Below, in pieces: positions 1-7,391 of a stretch of 25,153 bases of DNA. Origin of the DNA: a virus; UHGV virus genome UHGV-0073209; one strand, 5' to 3'. The position numbers and the translations under genes are program-made. Under the pieces are notes generated by a model. The model was given only the letters and a program-made list of their open reading frames with translations, did no database searches and was not told the origin of the DNA. Every line of letters begins with the position of its first letter. Within the stretch, counting starts at the first letter, position 1.

Positions 1-49
1 CAGTGGCAGCAAAATGGCAGCAGGGTGGCGGCGCTGCTTTTCTCCTCGA

Positions 50-1057
50 CTACCTGACCTCTTCACGATTATCAAAAGGGTTTAACGCAACGGCAGCATC
101 AAGATGATTGGGGGCGAAATGCGCATACCTCATCGTCATCATGATCGTACTGTGCCCGAGTATCTGCTGAAGCACTAAAATATTCCCCCCACGCATCATA
201 AAGTGACTTGCGAAGGTATGGCGTAGTACATGGGTACGCTGCCCCCTTGGCAACTCAATAGCGGCTCGTGCAAGCGCTGATTTGAATGCTTCGTATGCTG
301 GAGTAAAAAGTGCTCCGCGTTTTTTGGGTAGCAGCTTCTGTAGCTGTTCAGAAATCGGTACAGTTCGATTTTTTTTGCTTTTGGTCTGCGTAAACGTCAA
401 CCGGCCAGGCAGAACCTGAGATTGCTTTAAATCCTGCGCCTCGCTCCACCTTGCGCCGGTCGCCAGGCATATCCGCACTATGACCCCCAAATCCTTATTT
501 GCCGATTGATCGCAGGCCGACAAAAGTCGCACTATCTCCTCATCGTAGAGGAAGGCCAGCTCCTGATCCCCCTCCTTGAATTGCCTGATGCCCGACAGTG
601 GGTTATCGCCCTCCCATTCACCCAACCGCTTCATCTCTGAAAAAACCGCGTGCAGGTACGACTGCTCGCGATTTACCGTCGCCTCACTGAGTTTCTTTTT
701 GCCTTTCTGATTCCACTCACCGGCCAATCGTTTTTCACGATAAACCGCAAATGTATTTTTATCGAAGCGAGACGCGAGGGGATCGCCCAGGCGCTCGCAA
801 ATCGCCAATAACTTCACCTTGCGTTCATCCCCAGATGTTAGCGTTTTGCCGTGCATTTCGTACCAGCGCTCAACGAAAGCAGAAAGCGTCACCGCGCTGT
901 CGTTTACCTCCTGACTAGTTGCGTTGTTCATGGTGCGGCGCTCAAAAGAGAGCGCCTCGCCTTTGGTAGCAAACTGCTTACGAATACGCTTTCCGTCACG
1001 ACCATACGGAAAGCACTGGCATAACCATTTTCCTGATGTGAGCTTACGAACGGTCAT
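50..1057 (-). CDS. int: Tyrosine site-specific integrase (P2 Int-like)
   Basis: N-terminus MTVRKLTSGKW...GRDGKRIRKQFATKGEALSFE resembles P2 Int (MAIKKL...GRNGKRIRRKFDKKSEAVAFE). C-terminal HTFASHFMMRGG...LGHSTIMMTMRYAHF is the tyrosine recombinase catalytic region. The track ORF runs to 1141; I place the start at ATG 1055-1057. Confidence 0.9.
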   Translation of the reverse strand: MTVRKLTSGKWLCQCFPYGRDGKRIRKQFATKGEALSFERRTMNNATSQEVNDSAVTLSAFVERWYEMHGKTLTSGDERKVKLLAICERLGDPLASRFDKNTFAVYREKRLAGEWNQKGKKKLSEATVNREQSYLHAVFSEMKRLGEWEGDNPLSGIRQFKEGDQELAFLYDEEIVRLLSACDQSANKDLGVIVRICLATGARWSEAQDLKQSQVLPGRLTFTQTKSKKNRTVPISEQLQKLLPKKRGALFTPAYEAFKSALARAAIELPRGQRTHVLRHTFASHFMMRGGNILVLQQILGHSTIMMTMRYAHFAPNHLDAAVALNPFDNREEVR

Positions 1058-2240
1058 AATTGAACAAATCCACAAATTTAGGCACTTGCTCTGATTTCCT
1101 CTCCCAGTAACACCCAGACTGAAGCAATGATATGAAATCATCTTGGGTCATTGAGAGTGTACTTGTTGTTATCAGGCGTTTTTTGGTCTCGTCTGGAGTC
1201 AAAAGCTCAACCGTAACAGTACCCGGATCATATGATTGGCTTTCCATGAGGATTGGTGCATCAGTTAGTTTTCTGGGGGTAATTAGACGATTAGGGTTGA
1301 AATCACCAGTAAAGCTTCCTTCAAATGATGCGATGGTCTCGTAACCGGAGAAACAGTCAAATTGTATTTGCAATACCATCGCATGAGGTAATGTTAAAAA
1401 CTCACTCCAATCTGTGTAGCCTAATTTGTCACTATAAAAAGTATCGCCGCGCTGGAACTGGTAAGACGTTCCTTGCGTCCATACATCATAGGTGTTTTTT
1501 TCAAATGTTATTTTAGTTAGTTTAATGTCTAGCTTGCTTTTGAATACTTCTTTGATTGCGAATTTCCATCCGGCTGCATAGCCATCAATAAAGTTTGCAA
1601 TAAGGGCGGTGCTTCTACGAGGCTCTCTTAACGTTCTAAATGTAAGGGATAGTGCTTCCAAATCTTTTTTCAGCGAATCTACTTCGGAAGTGATTTTCTC
1701 TTCATGAATAACATCTAGCTCAGGCGCTTCGTAGGGAATCTCACCAGTCTCTATAAAGGCGATGAACTGTTCTTTGCTTATGATAAAGGCGTTTCGAGCC
1801 CTTGCCTCTTCAATCTTCCTCCACCCCATATTATCCCCTACGCAAAGGAAATATAGGTTTGCAGAAACACCGCCTTTAACAGATAAGTTGTTATTCTTCG
1901 CTAATTCGGTTAAATATGCTTTGTCAGCCTGCTTAAAACCAGTAAAACAGATTTCTAAATTATTTCCTCTTTCCAATTTACGACTAGGGCGTGGCTGCGT
2001 TTTCGGTACGATGGATTCTTTGTCCAAAGTAGCATTAAGCAATTCATCTTCCGACATGAACATTTTCAGAACTCGATCTTTTCTAAAAGTCCTGAATGCC
2101 TTTCGATTAATAGAGTAGCCTTGGAAAAACTCATCTCGCTCAACTACGCGAGTTACACTTTGCCGTGACACCTCTCCTTTGACATTGATGTAATGGAAGA
2201 AAGCATTTTTATCTTCATTGATAAGAGATGAATCAAACAT
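1044..2240 (-). CDS. Hypothetical 398-aa cargo protein: WYL-like N-terminal domain, central BRCT-like domain, unknown C-terminal domain of about 230 aa
   Basis: ATG at 2238-2240 with AAGGAG 6 nt upstream on the minus strand. Residues about 14-57 (FFHYINVKGEVSRQSVTRVVERDEFFQGYSINRKAFRTFRKDRV) fit the WYL-domain pattern ending in RTFRxDRI. Residues about 95-165 (ICFTGF...LSVKGGVSANLYFLCVGDNMGWRKIEEARARNAFIISKEQFIAFI) fit the LigA-type BRCT pattern. Its stop overlaps the int start by 14 nt. Confidence 0.8.
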   Translation of the reverse strand: MFDSSLINEDKNAFFHYINVKGEVSRQSVTRVVERDEFFQGYSINRKAFRTFRKDRVLKMFMSEDELLNATLDKESIVPKTQPRPSRKLERGNNLEICFTGFKQADKAYLTELAKNNNLSVKGGVSANLYFLCVGDNMGWRKIEEARARNAFIISKEQFIAFIETGEIPYEAPELDVIHEEKITSEVDSLKKDLEALSLTFRTLREPRRSTALIANFIDGYAAGWKFAIKEVFKSKLDIKLTKITFEKNTYDVWTQGTSYQFQRGDTFYSDKLGYTDWSEFLTLPHAMVLQIQFDCFSGYETIASFEGSFTGDFNPNRLITPRKLTDAPILMESQSYDPGTVTVELLTPDETKKRLITTSTLSMTQDDFISLLQSGCYWERKSEQVPKFVDLFNYDRS

Positions 2241-2282
2241 TTATCACTCCTTTATTTTTTTAATTGGCTCTAATTCTGTGAA

Positions 2283-2636
2283 TTAATCGTCACCAGTTTT
2301 TACTCGTGGCTTTGATTGCGCAAACGCATCACCAACCGCCTGTATGTTTAAGCGCGCCGCCTCATCCATCGCGCGGTAGTTTTCTATGAGTTTTTTTTCT
2401 TCTTCGCTTTCCGTGACCATGCCATCTGGTTGGAGGGTCCGTTGCCCAGTAAGTACATACAATATATCAACCCCGATTTTTGCCAGTGCCGAGAGGTATT
2501 TTGCATCTGGTGATCTCTCATCTCGTTCGTAGTAGGCCTGAGAACCACGTGACTGTTCTGCCAGTTTGGCAAAATCTGTTTGATTTAATCCGAGTTTATC
2601 CCGCTCCTCGCGAAGCCTGCTTCCGAATGTGGACAT
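2283..2636 (-). CDS. HTH (XRE/Cro-CI type) immunity repressor, P2 C-like by position and fold
   Basis: LREERDKLGLNQTDFAKLAEQSRGSQAYYERDERSPDAKYLSALAKIGVDILYVLTG is a Cro/CI-type helix-turn-helix. It is transcribed divergently from the early operon and lies upstream of int, as P2 C does. Confidence 0.8.
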   Translation of the reverse strand: MSTFGSRLREERDKLGLNQTDFAKLAEQSRGSQAYYERDERSPDAKYLSALAKIGVDILYVLTGQRTLQPDGMVTESEEEKKLIENYRAMDEAARLNIQAVGDAFAQSKPRVKTGDD

Positions 2637-2719
2637 AAATTGCTTTCCGATCTTGACTTGATTACGTTCGTGATCAAAACTAACTCACACCAACAACTAG
2701 CAGATCACAATATACCACT
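2637..2719. promoter_or_regulatory. Divergent lysogenic/early promoter-operator region
   Basis: An 83-bp intergenic region separates the divergent repressor and early genes. TTGACT (-35-like) at 2653-2658. Imperfect 20-bp palindrome TTGATTACGTTCGTGATCAA at 2658-2677 (8 of 10 symmetric positions). TATACC/AATATA lies just upstream of ATG 2720. Confidence 0.45.
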
Positions 2720-2932
2720 ATGACACAAGCACATCATATCCAGAGGTCTCGTACGCCTAAGAATAGCGTCGCCGGTGGGGCGCTACCGTTAAGGCTCTCC
2801 CCAGAAGAGCGCGCAGCCATTGAGGAAATGGCAAAAGCCGAATGCCGCTCTGCTTCAAACATGATTCGTATCGTTTTTTTGCGTGGGCTTGAGGTCATGA
2901 AGCCTGGGCAAGAGGCACACCCAGAAAACTAG
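2720..2932 (+). CDS. Ribbon-helix-helix DNA-binding protein (MobC/Arc-like), first gene of the early operon
   Basis: LRLSPEERAAIEEMAKAECRSASNMIRIVFLRGLE fits a strand-helix-helix pattern. No Shine-Dalgarno; a -10-like element sits 4-9 nt upstream, so it may be leaderless. Confidence 0.5.
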   Translation: MTQAHHIQRSRTPKNSVAGGALPLRLSPEERAAIEEMAKAECRSASNMIRIVFLRGLEVMKPGQEAHPEN

Positions 2933-2951
2933 ACGTGTACCGGGGTGAAAC

Positions 2952-3155
2952 ATGTCAGGCGTAACTATCAATTTAAACGTTGCCGCGCCTTATTTATCTC
3001 TAAAGGAGTATTCCAGGATTACGGGTATTCCGTTTGAGACATGCCGGGGCATGGTGAAGGACGGGCGGATCATCATCCGACCAAAGGAGCTTTCGGGGGG
3101 CAAGGTTGAGGTAAATATGATCGCCATGCTCAAGGATGCCATCGCGAACAGTTAA
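2952..3155 (+). CDS. cox: Cox-like regulatory protein / excisionase
   Basis: PYLSLKEYSRITGIPFETCRGMVKDGRIIIRPK parallels P2 Cox IPYQEFAKLIGKSTGAVRRMIDKGKLPVI. GGGGTG Shine-Dalgarno upstream of ATG 2952. Confidence 0.6.
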   Translation: MSGVTINLNVAAPYLSLKEYSRITGIPFETCRGMVKDGRIIIRPKELSGGKVEVNMIAMLKDAIANS

Positions 3156-3167
3156 TAGAGGCAGGGA

Positions 3168-3431
3168 ATGAATAAACGCTACTCAAAACACGGCAAGTAT
3201 GCGGGAAGTATTCATATCGTGGCGGGCGATAACTTACCTAAAGTCGTTTGGATAAATAAGCACGCTGGAATTTGCTGCGGCTTCACCATCCGCGTATTAC
3301 CGCGCAGGGTAGGCAAGAAGCGTTATCAAATCATGAAAGATGGTGATTCTTTCGGAATTGACTTTGCGTTATCTGAAGCACGCAAAACGATAGATCGTAT
3401 TATTAATAACAACCGCTTCACCATTCATTAA
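3168..3431 (+). CDS. Hypothetical early protein (87 aa)
   Basis: ORF with AGGGA Shine-Dalgarno, tightly packed in the early operon. Confidence 0.6.
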   Translation: MNKRYSKHGKYAGSIHIVAGDNLPKVVWINKHAGICCGFTIRVLPRRVGKKRYQIMKDGDSFGIDFALSEARKTIDRIINNNRFTIH

Positions 3432-3447
3432 ATAACCGAGGCAGAAA

Positions 3448-3864
3448 ATGAAAAGAGAATACGCAGACAAAATTAACTCACTACTGCAATGCTTCCATTT
3501 CAATAAAGAGTTTCTGGAATGGAACCACGATTATTCACTTCAACTGTTGCGTCACGGCGCTTCCCACCTTTATCACTTCGCCATGCTCCAGGGAGAGACA
3601 GACAAAGCCACTTTGGAGGAACTCCGCAGCATTATTACCACCCTCACCAATGGCGAGATCCCTGAGCCATACGATTTGCTCTCACTGGAAGCCGAACAGC
3701 CAGAGCCGATTGACCCAAAAGGAAGGACTATGATGTTTGCTAATCCGCTGGCGGTATCAGTGGAACTTACGCCGGAGATGGTACAACAGCTGAAAGAGAC
3801 AATGGCGAAAATGGCGAATATCCCCCACAGAATGAGAAAGCCAACTCTCTATCCTCAGGGATAG
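3448..3864 (+). CDS. Hypothetical early protein (138 aa)
   Basis: ORF with GAGG Shine-Dalgarno upstream of ATG. Confidence 0.65.
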   Translation: MKREYADKINSLLQCFHFNKEFLEWNHDYSLQLLRHGASHLYHFAMLQGETDKATLEELRSIITTLTNGEIPEPYDLLSLEAEQPEPIDPKGRTMMFANPLAVSVELTPEMVQQLKETMAKMANIPHRMRKPTLYPQG

Positions 3865-3908
3865 GGGGCGAGCCATGTTCAACAAAAAGAAAGCCGGAGA
3901 TAATCCAA

Positions 3909-4181
3909 ATGACTACCACCGCTGATTTACTGGCTTTGCGCCAGAAATTGAGATCAGAAAATAATTCTGCTACAGGGACGAGGACTGGTTTCAGTGCCGA
4001 TCATATTTACAGCCGATCAGGTGCCGCTATTTATCCGGCAATATTAAGTGATATTAACGATAACGGGTTTGAGGTGAGATGTATTAGAACGGGTGCTGTA
4101 TTTACCATTAAACCAAACGGATCCATATGTCACGGACTTATTAAGTCCTTAGAGCGCGAATGGTTCGGCACTAGCAGTTAA
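3909..4181 (+). CDS. Hypothetical early protein (90 aa)
   Basis: ORF with GGAG Shine-Dalgarno upstream of ATG. Confidence 0.55.
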   Translation: MTTTADLLALRQKLRSENNSATGTRTGFSADHIYSRSGAAIYPAILSDINDNGFEVRCIRTGAVFTIKPNGSICHGLIKSLEREWFGTSS

Positions 4182-4254
4182 TTAAATTAGTTCGTTGATT
4201 TATTAACGGCATTCATTTTGCCGGGGATTCGCTTTGCCTTTTTCAGGAGGTCGC

Positions 4255-4479
4255 ATGTCGATCAAGTCAATAAAACTGGATGGCGGAATTAGCGATCCAG
4301 AGTTTGTGGAAATAAGCGCCAACGCACGGAAACACGAGCGCGCTCACGTCCTTGGCATGCTCCGTGATTTTGTCGGTCAGCTGAAAAAGGAAAGCGCCAC
4401 CCCGGAAGAGATTTATTCATCAATCGAACAGTGGGCCAACGCCCGCGAATTAACCATCACTGAGGAAAGCAAACAATGA
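4255..4479 (+). CDS. Hypothetical early protein (74 aa)
   Basis: AGGAGG at 4245-4250, 4 nt before ATG 4255. The track ORF begins at an upstream TTG (4234). The stop overlaps the next start (ATGA). Confidence 0.6.
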   Translation: MSIKSIKLDGGISDPEFVEISANARKHERAHVLGMLRDFVGQLKKESATPEEIYSSIEQWANARELTITEESKQ

Positions 4480-5054
4480 ACCATTTAATGATTGATATTG
4501 AAACGCTCAGCACCCAGCCGAATGCGGTAATTTGCGCGATTGGCGCAGTCTTCTTCGAACCGTCAACCGGAAAAATCGGCCCTTCGTTCTATCAGACCAT
4601 TGATCCGCGTACCTCGCAGAATCGTGGCGCTCACATCTCCGCCGACACAGTGATGTGGTGGCTCCGGCAGGATAAAGAACCTATCAGCGAGCTGGTAGGC
4701 GCGAAGTCGCATGAAATTGAGGTGATGCTGGATTTTGCCAAATTTATTGAAGGCACATTCCCTGAAACCACGAAAAAGAATCTGAAGGTCTGGTGCAAGG
4801 GCGGTTCGTTTGATTTTCCGATCCTCAAATCTGCATTTGAGCGCTCATCGCTCGAAGGCGTGCCTATGCTTCCGTGGGGCTACTGGAATGAGTGCTGTTT
4901 CCGATCGCTGCTAACCGTGGCCGGTGTTATCGGTTACGCCCCCCACCCGCGACGCTCAGTCGCACACAACGCTTTAACCGACGCCATCTATCAGGCCGAG
5001 CAGGTTTGCGAGATCTGGCAGCGCCTGACTTCCCCGCACCTCGAATCATTGTGA
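4476..5054 (+). CDS. DEDDh 3'-5' exonuclease (DnaQ/epsilon-like)
   Basis: Exo I motif MIDIETLS near the N-terminus and Exo III-like HNALTDAIYQAEQV near the C-terminus. Confidence 0.85.
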   Translation: MNHLMIDIETLSTQPNAVICAIGAVFFEPSTGKIGPSFYQTIDPRTSQNRGAHISADTVMWWLRQDKEPISELVGAKSHEIEVMLDFAKFIEGTFPETTKKNLKVWCKGGSFDFPILKSAFERSSLEGVPMLPWGYWNECCFRSLLTVAGVIGYAPHPRRSVAHNALTDAIYQAEQVCEIWQRLTSPHLESL

Positions 5055-5058
5055 GGGC

Positions 5059-6021
5059 ATGACAATGATTAAATCACCCATCAAATGGGCGGGCGGTAAA
5101 ACCCGCGTCATGCCGCAGCTGCTGAAGCATCTGCCGAAAGCCGATTGCCTGATTGAGCCGTTCGTTGGCAGCGGTACCGTGTTTATGAACACGGAATACC
5201 GCCGCTACGTCCTCTGCGATAGCAACCGCGCGCTGATCAATTTCTTTCTTGTATTGAGGGATGATACAGAGCGCCTGATAGCGGTTGCCCGCAATATATT
5301 TCGGGACGGTAACAAAGCAGATAAATATTACTCCGAGCGCGAAAAATTCAATTACATGTCATGGTATGAATCAGAAAAGGATTGCCGATCGACATTATGG
5401 GCGGCGTCCTTTTTGTACCTGAATCGCCACTGCTTCAACGGTCTTTATCGTACAAATCTGGACGGCGGTTTTAATGTGTCATTTGGCCGATATAAACAGC
5501 CATATTTCCCCGAAGCCGAAATGCGCTTATTCGCCGAAAAAGCGCGGGATACCAACGCGCTATTTCTTTGCAATGATTTTCGCACTTCTATTCCGTACAT
5601 CGCGAAGAATCGCCCGGACTCAGTAATTTACTGCGACCCCCCCTATATCCCGGCAAGCAAATCCGCCAATTTCACCGCATACGGCAAGCCGTTTACCCTG
5701 GACGATCATCGTGCTCTGGCTGCAACCCTGCTCGATGCTCATCGCCAGCACGGCACCCGCGCGGTGATATCCAACAGCGATACCCCGGAAACCCGCGAGA
5801 TTTATTCCGCTTTCAACCTCCACGCCTTCAGCGTTCGCCGTTCCGTTAGCGCCAAAAGCCGCGACATGGCCGGTGAAGTGATCGGCGTGATTCCTGATTC
5901 AGTCGACTGCTATACGCGTAGTTGCGCTAGCTGCGAAGACGTCGAGGAATGCTTAGCGCCGACAGAGATTTGGATCGGGTTTGATATGGCCGCCGGATTT
6001 GATAACGGGGAGCCTTTCTGA
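5059..6021 (+). CDS. dam: DNA adenine (N6) methyltransferase, Dam family, with a Cys-rich C-terminal extension
   Basis: IKWAGGK, EPFVGSGTVF, LYLNRHCFNGLYRTN and CDPPY align along the length with E. coli Dam. The start may be ATG 5065, which has GAGGG 7 nt upstream, rather than 5059. Confidence 0.92.
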   Translation: MTMIKSPIKWAGGKTRVMPQLLKHLPKADCLIEPFVGSGTVFMNTEYRRYVLCDSNRALINFFLVLRDDTERLIAVARNIFRDGNKADKYYSEREKFNYMSWYESEKDCRSTLWAASFLYLNRHCFNGLYRTNLDGGFNVSFGRYKQPYFPEAEMRLFAEKARDTNALFLCNDFRTSIPYIAKNRPDSVIYCDPPYIPASKSANFTAYGKPFTLDDHRALAATLLDAHRQHGTRAVISNSDTPETREIYSAFNLHAFSVRRSVSAKSRDMAGEVIGVIPDSVDCYTRSCASCEDVEECLAPTEIWIGFDMAAGFDNGEPF

Positions 6022-6194
6022 TGAACACGCTTGATGCCGTTGTGACGCGAATTCTGGACGTTCGCCCATATCGCCATTTCTGGGTCGTCGAGGTGGAGGT
6101 GCTGTGCTACGGCGATTACAGCAACACGATCATCATCCGCGATAGTGAAAAAGAAGCCCGCCAGGTTAAACCCGGCGACACGGTAACGATCTGA
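6021..6194 (+). CDS. Small hypothetical protein (57 aa), translationally coupled to dam
   Basis: ATG 6021 overlaps the dam stop (ATGA). Below the track length cutoff; found by manual translation (MNTLDAVVTRILDVRPYRHFWVVEVEVLCYGDYSNTIIIRDSEKEARQVKPGDTVTI). Confidence 0.4.
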   Translation: MNTLDAVVTRILDVRPYRHFWVVEVEVLCYGDYSNTIIIRDSEKEARQVKPGDTVTI

Positions 6195-6204
6195 GGTACC
6201 GCAA

Positions 6205-6360
6205 ATGAACGAAGAAACCAATTACCGCCGCTTCTGGCGCAATACCGTGATCTGCTGCGCGCTCTGCTCACTGCTGTTTTGGCTCCCGATGGGCTGTCTC
6301 GCCTTTCGTGTTTTCTCTGTGGTGTGGGAGGCGCTGTGGTTGCTTATTACAACGAAATAG
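6205..6360 (+). CDS. Possible small hydrophobic protein (51 aa)
   Basis: ATG 6205 with GAGGT 7 nt upstream; translation MNEETNYRRFWRNTVICCALCSLLFWLPMGCLAFRVFSVVWEALWLLITTK. Overlaps the methylase start region, so speculative. Confidence 0.25.
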   Translation: MNEETNYRRFWRNTVICCALCSLLFWLPMGCLAFRVFSVVWEALWLLITTK

Positions 6361-7391
6361 ACCCTCACGCAGCACAGCACCTGCGCAACCTTATCGACGC
6401 CGGCCATATTGCGCCGGGCGTCGTTGACACCCGTTCAATTGAGGATGTAACCCCCAATGACCTTATCGGATTCAATCAGTGCCATTTCTTCGCCGGGATC
6501 GGCGGATGGTCGCTTGCCTTACGCCGCGCAGGATGGCCAGACAGTCGCCCGGCATGGACAGCATCATGCCCATGCCAGCCTTTCAGCGCGGCAGGCAAAG
6601 GACTTGGGTTTGCTGACGAGCGGCACTTATGGCCCTCCGCACATTGGCTTGTCGGCCAGCGCCGCCCTGTCGTGGTTTTTGGCGAGCAATCTGGCAGCGC
6701 TGACGCAGCGGACTGGATCGACCTTGTACAAGCTGACGTGGAAGCCCTGGGCTATGCCTTCGGGGCGGTTGCGTTTCCGTCTGCGAGCGTCGGCGCGCCG
6801 CACCAGAGAGACCGCGCTTATTGGGTGGCCGACGCCGGCCGCGAACGAGTTCGAACCGAAGGACTTGCAAAGGCTCTTGGAGAGAAGGGAGAAATTCGCG
6901 GCCAAGCATGGAAACAACGGGTTTGGCCTGACACTAGGGCAGGCGGTGCATCTGTTTGCGGGCTGGCCGACACCGACGGCAACGGACGGGAAAGGCGGTT
7001 ATCAGGGTGGACGAATCCGCAATGGGAAGCTATCGACGGACAGGCTAGATGTGGCTGCGCAGCTTGCGGGCTGGCCGACGCCGACCACGAGCAACGACCG
7101 CTCGCCATGTCCGCAAGAGGCTATGCGGACGTATCGCGACAATGGAACAAAGATTCAGAAGCGGCTTCAGGATGTAGCTGCGTTATGCGGCCCGGCCCGG
7201 TTAACGGCTTCTGGAGAGATGCTGATTGGCTCCACGGCCGGGATGGATGGTGGAGGCCAGTTAGACCCGGATCATTCCCGCTGGCTGATGGGATTCCCGC
7301 CAGAGTGGGAAGAGTGCGCGCCTACGGAAACGCTATCAACATTGAAGCGGCGGCAGCGTTCATAAAAGCGTATATGGCGGCGGAACAATGA
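6336..7391 (+). CDS. C5-cytosine DNA methyltransferase (phage Dcm-like); conserved motifs split across two reading frames
   Basis: In the annotated frame: YYNEIDPHAAQHLRNLI, FFAGIGG (motif I), PCQPFS (motif IV), VVVFGEQ (motif VI-like), GAPHQRDRAYWVA (motif VIII), AYGNAINIEAAAAFIKAY (motif X-like). Start taken as GTG 6336, 5 nt after GGGAGG; the track ORF starts at TTG 6279. The overlapping ORF 6457-7365 carries three GWPTP motifs and RWLMGFPPEW. Confidence 0.7.
   Translation: MVAYYNEIDPHAAQHLRNLIDAGHIAPGVVDTRSIEDVTPNDLIGFNQCHFFAGIGGWSLALRRAGWPDSRPAWTASCPCQPFSAAGKGLGFADERHLWPSAHWLVGQRRPVVVFGEQSGSADAADWIDLVQADVEALGYAFGAVAFPSASVGAPHQRDRAYWVADAGRERVRTEGLAKALGEKGEIRGQAWKQRVWPDTRAGGASVCGLADTDGNGRERRLSGWTNPQWEAIDGQARCGCAACGLADADHEQRPLAMSARGYADVSRQWNKDSEAASGCSCVMRPGPVNGFWRDADWLHGRDGWWRPVRPGSFPLADGIPARVGRVRAYGNAINIEAAAAFIKAYMAAEQ

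Noticed and set aside
1-49. Possible attL or tRNA fragment at the window start, downstream of the int 3' end
   Set aside because: Only 49 nt are available; no tRNA-like structure or identifiable att core can be supported.
1058-1141. N-terminal 28-codon extension of the integrase ORF (track start 1141)
   Set aside because: The P2-Int-like N-terminus begins at MTVRKL (ATG at 1055-1057); the extension would overlap the upstream cargo gene by about 100 nt.
6457-7365. 302-aa ORF fully overlapping the C5-methylase in the +1 frame
   Set aside because: Not an independent gene. It is the alternate frame of the methylase and carries methylase-like motifs (GWPTP x3, WLMGFPPEW); treated as evidence for a frame discontinuity, not a separate CDS.
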